A DNA stretch of 64,000 bases from Chloroflexota bacterium (GTDB lineage Bacteria; Chloroflexota; Dehalococcoidia; JACQUO01). Location of the stretch: positions 3,788 through 67,787 of the forward strand of contig JACQUO010000023.1 in the NCBI GenBank assembly GCA_016210205.1, in the 5' to 3' direction. The notes under the pieces are model-generated. The model ran no database searches and was not told the DNA's origin. It saw nothing but the letters and a program-made list of their open reading frames with translations. Below, piece after piece: positions 46,911 to 55,693 of the stretch. A program made the translations under genes and the position numbers. Numbering within the stretch: the stretch's first letter is position 1; each line of letters starts with the position of its first letter.

Positions 46911-49475
46911 GTGCTGCCTCTGAAGCTCACCCTCCACAACTTCATGTGCTACGGGGAGGATGTCCCCCCCCTCTCCTTCGAGGGCATCCCCCTGGCCTGC
47001 CTCTGCGGGGACAACGGCCACGGCAAGTCCGCCCTCCTGGACGCCATCACCTGGGCCCTGTGGGGCCGCGCCCGCGCCCCGGACGACGCCCTGGTCAACT
47101 ACGGCCGCCAGGAGATGACCGTGGCCCTGGAGTTCGCCGTGGGCCCTAACCGCTACCGAGCGCTGCGGGGCCACCAGCGTCCCCGAGGGGCCAAAGGCTC
47201 CGGCAAGTCCTGGCTGGAGCTCCAGGCCCGGGCCGACGGCGACTACCGGGCCCTCTCCGGCGCCAGCCTCCGAGAGACCCAGGAGCAGATAAACCGCCTC
47301 CTCCACCTGGACTACGAGACCTTCGTCAACAGCGCCTTCCTGCGCCAGGGGCGAGCCGACGCCTTCTCCACCAAGACCCCGGGGGAGCGCAAGGCTCTCT
47401 TGGGGGAGATACTGGGGCTTTCTTCCTACGATGAGCTGGAGCAGCAAGCCCGGGGGCTGTCCCGGGAGCGGGAGGCGGAGGCGGCAAGCTTGACGAAAGC
47501 CCTGGAGGCCCTGGAGACCGAGGTGTCCCAGGAAGAGACGCTGACCGAGGAGCAGCGCCAAATCCGCACAGCCCTGGCGGAGGTGGAGGCCTACATCGAG
47601 ATGCAGGAGTTGGCCATGGAGGACCTGCGCGAGCACATCCAGGACCACCTGCACCAGCAGTCCCTCCTGCAGGAGTCCCGACGCCGGCTCACTCAGGCGG
47701 AAAACGAGATGAAGCGGCTCCAGGCCCAGATAGAGGACTGGCAGAGGCAAATCGCCACTTTTCAGGCCGCCCTGGCCGCCCGAGACGAGGTGGAGGCCGG
47801 ATATAGCCGCCTCCTGGCCCTCCGGCAGGAGAACGAGGCGCAAAACCGGGCCCTGGCCCAACTGCGCCGCTGGGAGCTCCAGCGGGGCGAGCTGGAGCTG
47901 GCCCTGGCCCAGGCCCGGGCCGCGCTGGACAAAGAGCAGGCGGTGCTTGAGGCCAACCTGAGGCGCCTCCAGGCCCAGGCGGGGCGGCGCCCTCAACTGG
48001 AGCAAGACCTGGCCCAGGCCAGGGAACGCGAGCAGGGGCTCCTGACCCTTGAAGGCCACCTGCAAGAACGCCGCCAGGCTTTAGCAACCATGGAGGCCAG
48101 CGTCCAGGGGCTGCGCCTCACTAACGCCCAACTCAAGGAGGAGATGCTCGGACTGAAGCAAAAAGTGGACATGCTCAAGGACGGCGATGCCCTCTGCCCC
48201 CTCTGCGGCACCGAGCTGGGCCTCTCCGGTCAAGAGCACATCCGCCGCGAGTACCAGTCCCAGGGAGAGGGGAAAAGAGACCTCTTCCGCGCCAACGAAG
48301 GCGAGTTGACCCGCCTGGAGAAAGAGGCCGTAGACAACACCCGCCTGCTCCAGGCCGAGCAGGCTCGCTTCCTCCAGGAGAGCGCCGGGGGCCAGGCCCA
48401 AGTCCAAACCCTGCAGCGCCAGTTGGAGGAAGCGCATACGGCTGATGAAGAGGCCCAACAGGCCCAAGAGCGAATGGCCAAACTCCAGAGCACCATCGCA
48501 GGAGAGGACTTTGCCCACCAGCAACGGGCTGAACTGGCGCAAGTGCGCGGAGAGATGGCCCGCCTGGCCTACCACCCCGAGGCCCACCAACGGCTGGGCC
48601 AAGACCTGGCCGCCCACGAGGCCTTCGAGCCGCGGCGCCAGGAGCTGGCCCAGGCCGAGGCCTCTCTGGAGCGGAGAATTGAAGGGCTGGAGCAAGCCCA
48701 GACCGCCCTCAGGCAGTGGGAGGAAATCCAGCGGGCCGAGTCCCAGCGCATCACGACCATTGAGCCCGTGCTGGCCGTCATCCCCACCCTCCAGGCGGAC
48801 CTGGAGGGCGCCCAGGGCGCCCTGCGCCAGATGCAGGAGCAGCGCGGCCTCGGACAGAGGGACCTGGGGGCCGTCCAGGAGAAGATGGCTCGCCTCGCTG
48901 CGGCCAAGGAGGATAAGGCCCAAAAAGCCGCTGCTTTAGCCCAGGCGCGTGAGGAAGGGCAGGCCTACCAGGAACTGGCCCGAGCCTTCGGCAAGGACGG
49001 CATCCAGGCCCTCATCATCGAGGCGGCCCTGCCCGAGCTAGAGGAGGAGGCCAACAGGCTCCTGGCTCGCCTGACCGACAACCGCATGCACCTCAAGCTG
49101 GAGACGCAGCGCCTCACCCGCAAGGGAGAGGCTGCCGAGACCCTTCAGATACACATCTCCGACGAGCTGGGCACCCGCCCCTATGAGACCTTCAGCGGCG
49201 GCGAGGCCTTCCGCATCAACTTCGCCCTCCGGGTGGCCCTCTCCCGGCTCCTGGCCCGGCGGGCCGGGGCCCCCCTGCCCACGCTGTTCATCGACGAAGG
49301 GTTCGGCACCCAGGACGCCGCCGGCCGCGAGCGCCTCGTCGAGGCCATCAACGCCATCGCCCCGGACTTCGAGCGCATCATCGTCATCACCCATATGGAG
49401 GAAATAAAGGAGGCCTTCCCCGTCCGTATTGAGGTGTTCAAGGACGAGAAAGGCTGCCGGGTGACGATCACCTAA
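46911..49475 (+). CDS. sbcC: DNA repair ATPase SbcC (Rad50/SMC family)
   Basis: An N-terminal Walker A (GDNGHGKSALLDAITWALWG), a coiled coil with a zinc hook (CPLCG), and a C-terminal signature/Walker B (FSGGEAFRINFALRVAL...LFIDEGFG) are present. GTG start. Confidence 0.85.
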   Translation: MLPLKLTLHNFMCYGEDVPPLSFEGIPLACLCGDNGHGKSALLDAITWALWGRARAPDDALVNYGRQEMTVALEFAVGPNRYRALRGHQRPRGAKGSGKSWLELQARADGDYRALSGASLRETQEQINRLLHLDYETFVNSAFLRQGRADAFSTKTPGERKALLGEILGLSSYDELEQQARGLSREREAEAASLTKALEALETEVSQEETLTEEQRQIRTALAEVEAYIEMQELAMEDLREHIQDHLHQQSLLQESRRRLTQAENEMKRLQAQIEDWQRQIATFQAALAARDEVEAGYSRLLALRQENEAQNRALAQLRRWELQRGELELALAQARAALDKEQAVLEANLRRLQAQAGRRPQLEQDLAQAREREQGLLTLEGHLQERRQALATMEASVQGLRLTNAQLKEEMLGLKQKVDMLKDGDALCPLCGTELGLSGQEHIRREYQSQGEGKRDLFRANEGELTRLEKEAVDNTRLLQAEQARFLQESAGGQAQVQTLQRQLEEAHTADEEAQQAQERMAKLQSTIAGEDFAHQQRAELAQVRGEMARLAYHPEAHQRLGQDLAAHEAFEPRRQELAQAEASLERRIEGLEQAQTALRQWEEIQRAESQRITTIEPVLAVIPTLQADLEGAQGALRQMQEQRGLGQRDLGAVQEKMARLAAAKEDKAQKAAALAQAREEGQAYQELARAFGKDGIQALIIEAALPELEEEANRLLARLTDNRMHLKLETQRLTRKGEAAETLQIHISDELGTRPYETFSGGEAFRINFALRVALSRLLARRAGAPLPTLFIDEGFGTQDAAGRERLVEAINAIAPDFERIIVITHMEEIKEAFPVRIEVFKDEKGCRVTIT

Positions 49476-50026
49476 AGGCCCAGGTCCCCGCCGATGCCCT
49501 GCATGGCAGCCAGCCCCAGGGCGACGAACTCCTCCAGGTCCAGGCCCAGCACCGAGCAGAGGGCGATTTGCTCGCGGCTGGCCCCGGCGGCGAAGCGCTT
49601 TTCCTTGAATCGCTTGAGCACCGACTGGGCCTCCACCCCCGCCAGCCTTTTGTCGGGCCGCACCAGAGCGGCGGCAGTGATGAGCCCGGTGAGGGGGTCG
49701 GCGCAGAAGAGGGCCTGGTCCAGGAGGGTCTCCCGTCCGTGTCCGTGGGTCTCATTGTGGCGCAGGATGGCGGCGGCCATCTCCGCGGTGGCCCCCATCT
49801 CCCGGGCCAGGGCGGCGCCCTCACGGCTGTGGCGCGTCATGTCCCCTCCCGTGGCCTCCACATCAATGTCGTGGAGCAGGCCCACCAGGCCCCAGGTAGC
49901 CTCATCCTGGCCCAGACGGCGGGCCAGGCCCCTCATAATCGCCTCGGTAGCCAGCATATGCTTCACCAAGTTGTCGTTCTGCACCCTCGCCCGGATGGCG
50001 GCCAGGGCCGCGGCGCGGTCAATCAT
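49472..50026 (-). CDS. HD-domain phosphohydrolase
   Basis: An HD motif (LLHDID) and a downstream His/Asp are present. 184 aa. Confidence 0.7.
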   Translation of the reverse strand: MIDRAAALAAIRARVQNDNLVKHMLATEAIMRGLARRLGQDEATWGLVGLLHDIDVEATGGDMTRHSREGAALAREMGATAEMAAAILRHNETHGHGRETLLDQALFCADPLTGLITAAALVRPDKRLAGVEAQSVLKRFKEKRFAAGASREQIALCSVLGLDLEEFVALGLAAMQGIGGDLGL

Positions 50027-50142
50027 AGCATCACCCCTTTCTCTGATCGAGCTTGCCCTAAGGCAGGTTAAATAGTAACAAAAGGCCCAGTCTTATGCTA
50101 TCATGCAGGCAAAAGCGCGTAGTGAAGTGATGGGAGGTCACC

Positions 50143-50460
50143 ATGCCGTATCTTCCCGCCCAGTACCGCCGGTTCCAAAAGCGCTACCCGAAGCTGGCCA
50201 GGGCCTATGGAAGGTTCGCTGTCCAGGTGCACGAGGCCGGGCCCCTCTCGGAGCGAGAGCGGCGACTGGTGAAGCTGGGTATGGCCATCGGCGTTTCTTC
50301 CCAAGGGGCCGTCAAGTCCCATGCCCGGCGCGCCCTGGAGGTTGGAGTCACGGCGGAAGAGGTGCGCCATGCCGTGGTCTTGGCGCTGACCACCGTGGGC
50401 TTCCCCACCATGATTGCCGCCTCCGAGTGGTTGGAGGACGTGCTGGCAGCTCACAAGTAA
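50143..50460 (+). CDS. carboxymuconolactone decarboxylase (AhpD-like) family protein
   Basis: ~105-aa CMD-fold pattern (LVKLGMAIGVSSQGAVKSH...). Confidence 0.6.
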   Translation: MPYLPAQYRRFQKRYPKLARAYGRFAVQVHEAGPLSERERRLVKLGMAIGVSSQGAVKSHARRALEVGVTAEEVRHAVVLALTTVGFPTMIAASEWLEDVLAAHK

Positions 50461-50512
50461 GGCCGGGATACTGAAGTTGTCCGCCGCAGAGAACCTCAGG
50501 AAGCAAAGGGAA

Positions 50513-51505
50513 ATGGCAGAATCCCCCAAGCAGCGCCGCCCGAGAAAGGTTCCCAAAGGGCCGCGGGAGAGCCCCCGGGCGGCCTCGCCTGAGGAGAAGC
50601 CTAAGCCTGAGGCAGGCAGCTCCGGCCTGCCCCACTTCGCCCATGCCAGCGAGGAGGAGTTCGCCCACATTCTGGACTTCTACCGCATCCCCTGGCAATA
50701 TGAGCCCCGTTCCTTCCCCCTGGCCTGGGATGGCGACCATGTTACGGAGATGTTCACCCCGGATTTCTATCTGCCTGAGCAAGACCTCTACCTTGAACTC
50801 ACCACCCTAAAACAGAGCCTGGTCACCGAGAAGAACCGCAAGCTCCGCCGCATGGGGGAGCTCTATCCTGACATCAAGGTCAAGCTCCTCTACCGCAAGG
50901 ACTACCATCGCTTCCTGGCCAAGTTCGGCGCCGGGCCCCTGGCGGACCTGCGCCTGGAGGGCACGGGGAGGGTGCTCCTCTCCGAGTCCCAAATCCAGCG
51001 GCGGGTGAAGGAGCTTGCGGCCCAAATCTCCCAGGACTATCAGGGGCGGCATCCCATCCTGGTGGGGGTGCTGAAAGGGGTGGTGTGCTTCATGGCGGAC
51101 CTGATGCGGGCCGTCTCCATACCCCTCTCCATCGAGTTCATGGCCATCTCCTACTATCACGGCCACCCCTCAGAGGCGGTGCGCATCGTCAAGGATTTGG
51201 AGCAGAACATCGGCGGCCGCCATGTGCTCCTGGTGGAAGACATCGTGGACACGGGCCTCACCCTGAACTATATCCTGCGCCTGCTGGAGAGCCGCGGGCC
51301 CGCCAGCCTGGAGGTCTGCACCCTGCTGGACAAGCGCTCCCGGAGAATAGCTCCCCTTTCCCTTAAATATGTGGGCTTTGAAATCCCCGATGAGTTTGTG
51401 GTGGGCTACGGCTTGGACTACGGGGAGGAGTACCGCAATCTTCCCTTCATCGCCGTCCTCAAGGCCGAGGCTCAGGGCCAGCGCAGGCCCGCAGCAGATA
51501 GCTAA
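50513..51505 (+). CDS. hpt: hypoxanthine-guanine phosphoribosyltransferase with ~170-aa N-terminal extension of unknown function
   Basis: The C-terminal 180 aa are canonical Hpt (VLLVEDIVDTGLTLNYI PRPP motif, FVVGYGLDYGEEYRNLPFI). The N-terminal half has a coding-like codon bias but no recognised family. An RBS-like GGAAG..GGGAA precedes the ATG at 50513. Confidence 0.75.
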   Translation: MAESPKQRRPRKVPKGPRESPRAASPEEKPKPEAGSSGLPHFAHASEEEFAHILDFYRIPWQYEPRSFPLAWDGDHVTEMFTPDFYLPEQDLYLELTTLKQSLVTEKNRKLRRMGELYPDIKVKLLYRKDYHRFLAKFGAGPLADLRLEGTGRVLLSESQIQRRVKELAAQISQDYQGRHPILVGVLKGVVCFMADLMRAVSIPLSIEFMAISYYHGHPSEAVRIVKDLEQNIGGRHVLLVEDIVDTGLTLNYILRLLESRGPASLEVCTLLDKRSRRIAPLSLKYVGFEIPDEFVVGYGLDYGEEYRNLPFIAVLKAEAQGQRRPAADS

Positions 51506-51555
51506 AAACCGAGCCGTCCTCTCGCCCTTCACCATCCCCTCGTCCTCGGGTCAGG

Positions 51556-51820
51556 ACAAAACAAAAAGGGCCTTTTCGGCCCTAAAAAGCAAAGACCCAA
51601 GTAACCTTGCGCTTTGGTGGCTCTCGGCCCCCTCTTTCCTTTCGGATTGCCCTACTCGGATAGGCTGCCCACTTCCACCAGTTTCTCTGGGGTGTCTCTC
51701 GGTGGCTCACTCCCTGGGGCGCCTTGCCCGCTTGGCTTCTGCCACCTCGACCTTCGGGGCCTTCCCCGCCCGGTCTTGGTCTCCGCGACTCCCGAGAGCC
51801 CTCGCTCAATTACTTGGGTC
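51556..51820 (-). ncRNA. unidentified structured ncRNA candidate (~265 nt) with its own promoter and intrinsic terminator
   Basis: Minus-strand TTGACA (51855-51850), a 17-nt spacer, then TAAATT (51832-51827). The first 10 transcript nt (ACCCAAGUAA) pair perfectly with UUACUUGGGU, which closes a ~225-nt domain. An additional 9-bp perfect helix GGCUCUCGG/CCGAGAGCC is present. A GGGCCGAAAAGGCCC-UUUUUGUUUUG terminator is at 51582-51556. Confidence 0.45.
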
Positions 51821-51925
51821 ATCTATAATTTACCACCGACCATGCCTATTGTCAATACCCTTTTAATTCGTTCGGAAATTCCCAAAGGGCTAGGCCACGC
51901 CGGGCAAAACCTTTATACTTGAGCC

Positions 51926-53521
51926 ATGAGCCGGCAATTTGCGCAGCGGCTGAAAGTCCTCTCCCGCGAGAGGGGCGCTATCCACAAGGACTGGGGCGGC
52001 CGAGTACCCATCGTCCTGGTCTTCCCCAACTCCTATCACTTGGGCATGTCCAGCCTGGGCTTTCAGACCATCTATGGCCTGTGGAACTCCTTCAGGGATT
52101 TCGTCTGCGAGCGGGCCTTTTGGGAACCTCAGCGCGACCATAAGGGCCTGGGTGAGCCCCCCCTGAGCCTGGAGTCGGGCCGCCCCCTGACCGACTTCGC
52201 CCTGGTAGCCTTCTCCGCCTCCTTCGAGCTGGACTACCCTCATATCGTGCAGGTCCTGCGGACCAGCGGCATCCCCGCCCTGGCATCCCAACGAGACCAG
52301 CGGCACCCCTTAGTCCTGGTGGGCGGCCCGGCGGTGAGCGCCAACCCGGAGCCCCTGGCCTCCATAATCGACGCCTTTGTCATAGGTGAGGCCGAGCCGG
52401 TGCTCCCCAGGCTGGCCCAGGTCATGGTCAAAGAGGTGGGGGCGGACCGGGAACACCTGCTCCAGACGCTGGTGGAGGTGCCGGGGGTGTATGTGCCCCG
52501 GATGACCGGCCAGGAGAGGCCGGTGGCCCGCCAGCAGGCCCAGAGCCTGGAAGGCTTCGCCACCACCTCGGTGGTCCTGACCCCCGACACCGAGCTGGGG
52601 GAGCGCTATCTCATGGAAATTGGGCGGGGCTGCGCCTGGGCCTGCGGCTTCTGCCTGGCGGGCCATATCTTCCGCCCCCTGCGAACCCGCACCGTGGCAT
52701 CCCTGGTGGCCCAGGCCCAGGAGGGCCTGAAGCTGAGCCCCCGGCTGGGCCTGGTGAGCGCCGCCATCTCCGACTACCCCCACCTGGGCGAGCTGGCGAC
52801 GGCCCTCTCGTCCCTGGGGGCGCAGCTCTCCGTCTCCTCCCTGCGCCCCCGGCCACTGCCGGAATCCCTGCTGGCGGCCCTGGCCGCGGGCGGCGCTCAC
52901 ACCCTTACCATGGCCCCGGAGGCCGGGCCGGCCCTGCGTCTTGCCGTGGGGAAGAGGCTAAGGGACGAGGACTTCCTGGAAGCGGCTGAGCGGGCCTCCG
53001 CCTACCCCTTCCGACACCTCAAGCTCTACTTCATGGTGGGGCTCCCCGAGGAGACGGAGAGCGACCTGGCGGAGATTGTCCGGCTGACCCTGGAGATGAA
53101 AGCCAGCCTGGAAAGACGGGGGAGTCTTTGTCAGCTCAGCCTAAATGTCAGCCCCTTTGTGCCCAAGGCCCAGACACCCTTCGAGCGCGAGCCCCTGGCT
53201 CCGGCTCAAGTCTTGGAGGAGCGCTTGCGCTTCCTGAGCCGGGAGCTCCGCCATAAGGGGATAAAGGTGTCGGGAGAAGGGGTAGGATGGAGCGTAATCC
53301 AGGGCCTCCTGTCTCGGGGCGACTCCTCCCTGGGTCGGGTCCTGGTGGAGATGGAGGAGAACACCCTGTCGGGGTGGCGCCGGGCTCTGGCCGCGGCCGG
53401 CGTCGAACGGGAAGCCATCCACCGGCCTCTGCCACCCCACGCCGCCCTCCCCTGGGACCACCTGCGCCAAGTGGAGACAGCCCCTGTAGAGCTGGCCCAA
53501 CTCGCCGGAGAGTCAGCCTAG
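51926..53521 (+). CDS. B12-binding-domain-containing radical SAM protein
   Basis: CxxxCxxC (GCAWACGFC) in a radical-SAM core, with an N-terminal Rossmann-like B12-binding-type domain. 531 aa. Confidence 0.7.
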   Translation: MSRQFAQRLKVLSRERGAIHKDWGGRVPIVLVFPNSYHLGMSSLGFQTIYGLWNSFRDFVCERAFWEPQRDHKGLGEPPLSLESGRPLTDFALVAFSASFELDYPHIVQVLRTSGIPALASQRDQRHPLVLVGGPAVSANPEPLASIIDAFVIGEAEPVLPRLAQVMVKEVGADREHLLQTLVEVPGVYVPRMTGQERPVARQQAQSLEGFATTSVVLTPDTELGERYLMEIGRGCAWACGFCLAGHIFRPLRTRTVASLVAQAQEGLKLSPRLGLVSAAISDYPHLGELATALSSLGAQLSVSSLRPRPLPESLLAALAAGGAHTLTMAPEAGPALRLAVGKRLRDEDFLEAAERASAYPFRHLKLYFMVGLPEETESDLAEIVRLTLEMKASLERRGSLCQLSLNVSPFVPKAQTPFEREPLAPAQVLEERLRFLSRELRHKGIKVSGEGVGWSVIQGLLSRGDSSLGRVLVEMEENTLSGWRRALAAAGVEREAIHRPLPPHAALPWDHLRQVETAPVELAQLAGESA

Positions 53522-53639
53522 ATGGATGGGCCATCGACACCGCCGGAATGAGGGGGCGGCTTGTCCCGGCTGCCGCAGGAGAGGGACAGAGGCCGGAGGA
53601 CTAACCAGCGCCACAAGTGACGCAGGCCCTGTCCCTCTT

Positions 53640-53649
53640 TGCTATAATA
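53640..53649 (+). promoter_or_regulatory. extended -10 promoter element (TGcTATAAT)
   Basis: Read directly. Upstream of an AGGAGGAGG RBS and the TTG start of the following gene. Preceded by a long hairpin (GAGAGGGACAG...CTGTCCCTCTT). Confidence 0.35.
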
Positions 53650-53748
53650 CAGAGCATCGACCGCCTGCCCCCGGCCCAGACGCTGGCGGACGGCTAAGGG
53701 GAGCTCTACGACGGCGACACGACCTTATTAAGCAGGAGGAGGCCAACC

Positions 53749-54252
53749 TTGGAGCAGTTTCTGATGAAGGGTGAGCACATCACGGCCACCTGCCAGACCG
53801 GCCGGGGACAATACATCACCACCAACAAGCGCATCCTTCTCCACCACCGCACCCTGACCCACGAGAGCCTCTTGGACCTCTCCTACCACGCCGTGACCAC
53901 CATCGCCTGCCATCGAGTAGTGGGCCAAACGCGGCTCTCCTCTGGTATCGTCCTCATAGTTTTTGGCCTTTTGGTTGTGGCCGTAGGTTCTCTCTTCAGT
54001 TTCAGCCTGGCCTCAGCTATCGGCGCGGTCCTGGCCCTGCTGGGCGTGGCCTTCCTGGTGCTGGCCTTCCTCCTCAGGCATAACTATTGCCAGCTGGGCG
54101 GCACTGGCCCCCTGTCTGACCCCAAGGAGCGCCTTCTCTGGCGGGTGGAGGGGATGCGGTGGACCGACCTTCTGGCCTTCGCCCAGGAGGTGCGTCGACA
54201 CCTGGACAGCGAGCTTGAGCCGAAGGCCGAGGGTCCTGACAAAGCGTCATGA
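53749..54252 (+). CDS. hypothetical membrane protein (bacterial PH-like N-terminal domain plus 2 TM helices)
   Basis: 167 aa with two hydrophobic helices in the middle. TTG start with a strong RBS. Confidence 0.5.
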   Translation: MEQFLMKGEHITATCQTGRGQYITTNKRILLHHRTLTHESLLDLSYHAVTTIACHRVVGQTRLSSGIVLIVFGLLVVAVGSLFSFSLASAIGAVLALLGVAFLVLAFLLRHNYCQLGGTGPLSDPKERLLWRVEGMRWTDLLAFAQEVRRHLDSELEPKAEGPDKAS

Positions 54253-54275
54253 AGCGGAGTGCTCGTGCTTGCGCC

Positions 54276-54304
54276 TTGACGCCTGAGCGCCCCAGGCTTA
54301 AGAT
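54276..54304 (+). promoter_or_regulatory. sigma70-like promoter (TTGACG-17-TAAGAT) upstream of proC
   Basis: Hexamers read directly. Confidence 0.4.
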
Positions 54305-54349
54305 TCACCCATTGTGCTGGCTGTAACTTACATCTAAGGCAGGTTCGAG

Positions 54350-55168
54350 ATGAGACTAGCCTTCATCGGCGGCGGGGTCATGGCCGAGGCCATGATAAAA
54401 GCGGTGCTAGACAAGGGCCTGGCGACGCCCAAAGAGGTCGCCGCCAGCGATGTGGTGGCCGCCCGCCGGGAGGCCCTCTCCGCGCGCTATGGCATCGCGA
54501 CGGTGGTGGAAAATCGCGCCGCCCTGCGGAGGGCCGCGGTGGTGGTGTTAGCCATCAAGCCCCAGAACCTGGATGAGGTCGCTCAGGACCTGAAGGGGCG
54601 CCTGGGCGAGGGCCAAGTGGTGCTTTCCATCGTCGCCGGTGCCAACCTGGGCCGGCTCACCTCTGGCCTGGGCCACCGGGCTGTGGTGCGGGCCATGCCC
54701 AACACCCCAGCCCAGGTAGGCGAAGGCATCACCCTCTGGACCGCCACCGCCGAAGTCACCGCCGTCCAGGCGGAGGCCTGCCGCAGCATCCTCTCGGCCC
54801 TGGGCCGCCAGGTGCAGGTGCCCCAGGAGAAGTATGTGGACATGGCCACGGCGGTAAGCGGCAGCGGCCCCGGCTATATCTTCATGGTGGCCGAGGCCCT
54901 GGTGGACGGAGCAGTGCACCTGGGGCTGCCCCGCGACCTGGCCCAGGAGATGGTACTGCAGACCCTGGTGGGCTCGGGAAAATTCGCCCAAGTCTCCGGG
55001 AAGCATCTGGCGGAGCTAAAGAACCTGGTGACCTCCCCCGGCGGGACCACCGCGGAGGGCCTCCTGGCCCTGGAAGAGGGAGGGGTGCGAGCCGCCTTCA
55101 TCCAGGCCGTCATCGCCGCCTATGAGAAGACCCTGCAGCTGAGCGGCGAAGGAGATGAGAAGCATTGA
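54350..55168 (+). CDS. proC: pyrroline-5-carboxylate reductase
   Basis: An N-terminal Rossmann motif (IAFIGGGVMAEAM) and a C-terminal P5CR dimerisation domain (SPGGTTAEGL) are present. Confidence 0.9.
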   Translation: MRLAFIGGGVMAEAMIKAVLDKGLATPKEVAASDVVAARREALSARYGIATVVENRAALRRAAVVVLAIKPQNLDEVAQDLKGRLGEGQVVLSIVAGANLGRLTSGLGHRAVVRAMPNTPAQVGEGITLWTATAEVTAVQAEACRSILSALGRQVQVPQEKYVDMATAVSGSGPGYIFMVAEALVDGAVHLGLPRDLAQEMVLQTLVGSGKFAQVSGKHLAELKNLVTSPGGTTAEGLLALEEGGVRAAFIQAVIAAYEKTLQLSGEGDEKH

Positions 55169-55422
55169 GCCTGGCCCTTCTCTCTACCTTCGTCTTCTAT
55201 CTAACCCAGGTGCTCACCTTCGCCATCTTCCTCCGGGTGCTCTTCTCCTGGGCGCCCCTTTCTCCCCGCAATCCTTTCATAATGATTCTTCACCAGGTAA
55301 CAGAACCCCTCCTGGCCCCCATCCGGAGAGTCTTGCCTCAACTGGGCGTCCTGGACCTGTCCCCGGTGGTGGCCATCCTCATCCTCCAGGTCATCGGCCG
55401 GATTGTCGCTCAGGGGCGGTGA
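55165..55422 (+). CDS. yggT: YggT family membrane protein
   Basis: 85 aa with two TM helices. The YggT pattern (FLRVLFSW...P..R) is present and the gene is co-located with proC. Confidence 0.75.
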   Translation: MSLALLSTFVFYLTQVLTFAIFLRVLFSWAPLSPRNPFIMILHQVTEPLLAPIRRVLPQLGVLDLSPVVAILILQVIGRIVAQGR

Positions 55423-55678
55423 GGCGGGCCGCCGCTTCCTCGCTGGTCAGTCCCTCAATCTCCAGAGTCTTGATGCGGCTCCTTAGGCCGGAGGCCACCC
55501 TTACTTGAGACCTCCTGACCTTTAGACACTCGGCCATGAAGTCCTCCAGGGCGTCATTAGCCCTCCCCTCCAGGGGAGGCGAGGCGATTTTCACCCGCCA
55601 GGCCCCCTGGCGGAAGCCCAGAAGCTCGTTCCGGGAGGCCCCAGCGGTCACTCGCACCGTGATGCGGGCCATGGTCAT
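55391..55678 (-). CDS. DUF167 (YggU/UPF0235) family protein
   Basis: ASPPLEGRANDAL...VASGLRSRIKTLEI matches the DUF167 signature. The 3' end overlaps yggT in a convergent arrangement. Confidence 0.7.
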   Translation of the reverse strand: MTMARITVRVTAGASRNELLGFRQGAWRVKIASPPLEGRANDALEDFMAECLKVRRSQVRVASGLRSRIKTLEIEGLTSEEAAARLTAPERQSGR

Positions 55679-55693
55679 CTGACGATATCCCCT

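Noticed and set aside
45226-48923. Multiple 150-400-aa minus-strand ORFs across the MBL and sbcC genes
   Set aside because: They are shadow frames. sbcC and the beta-CASP gene are strongly supported by motifs.
50101-50782. 189-aa and 144-aa minus-strand ORFs
   Set aside because: They are antisense to the CMD-family and hpt genes.
51614-51922. 102-aa plus-strand and 75-aa minus-strand ORFs inside the ncRNA candidate
   Set aside because: They have no coding bias or RBS. The region is better explained as a structured RNA.
51890-53540. Minus-strand ORFs (138, 196, 116, 130 aa) over the radical-SAM gene
   Set aside because: They are antisense shadow frames.
54548-55113. Minus-strand ORFs over proC
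   Set aside because: They are antisense shadow frames.
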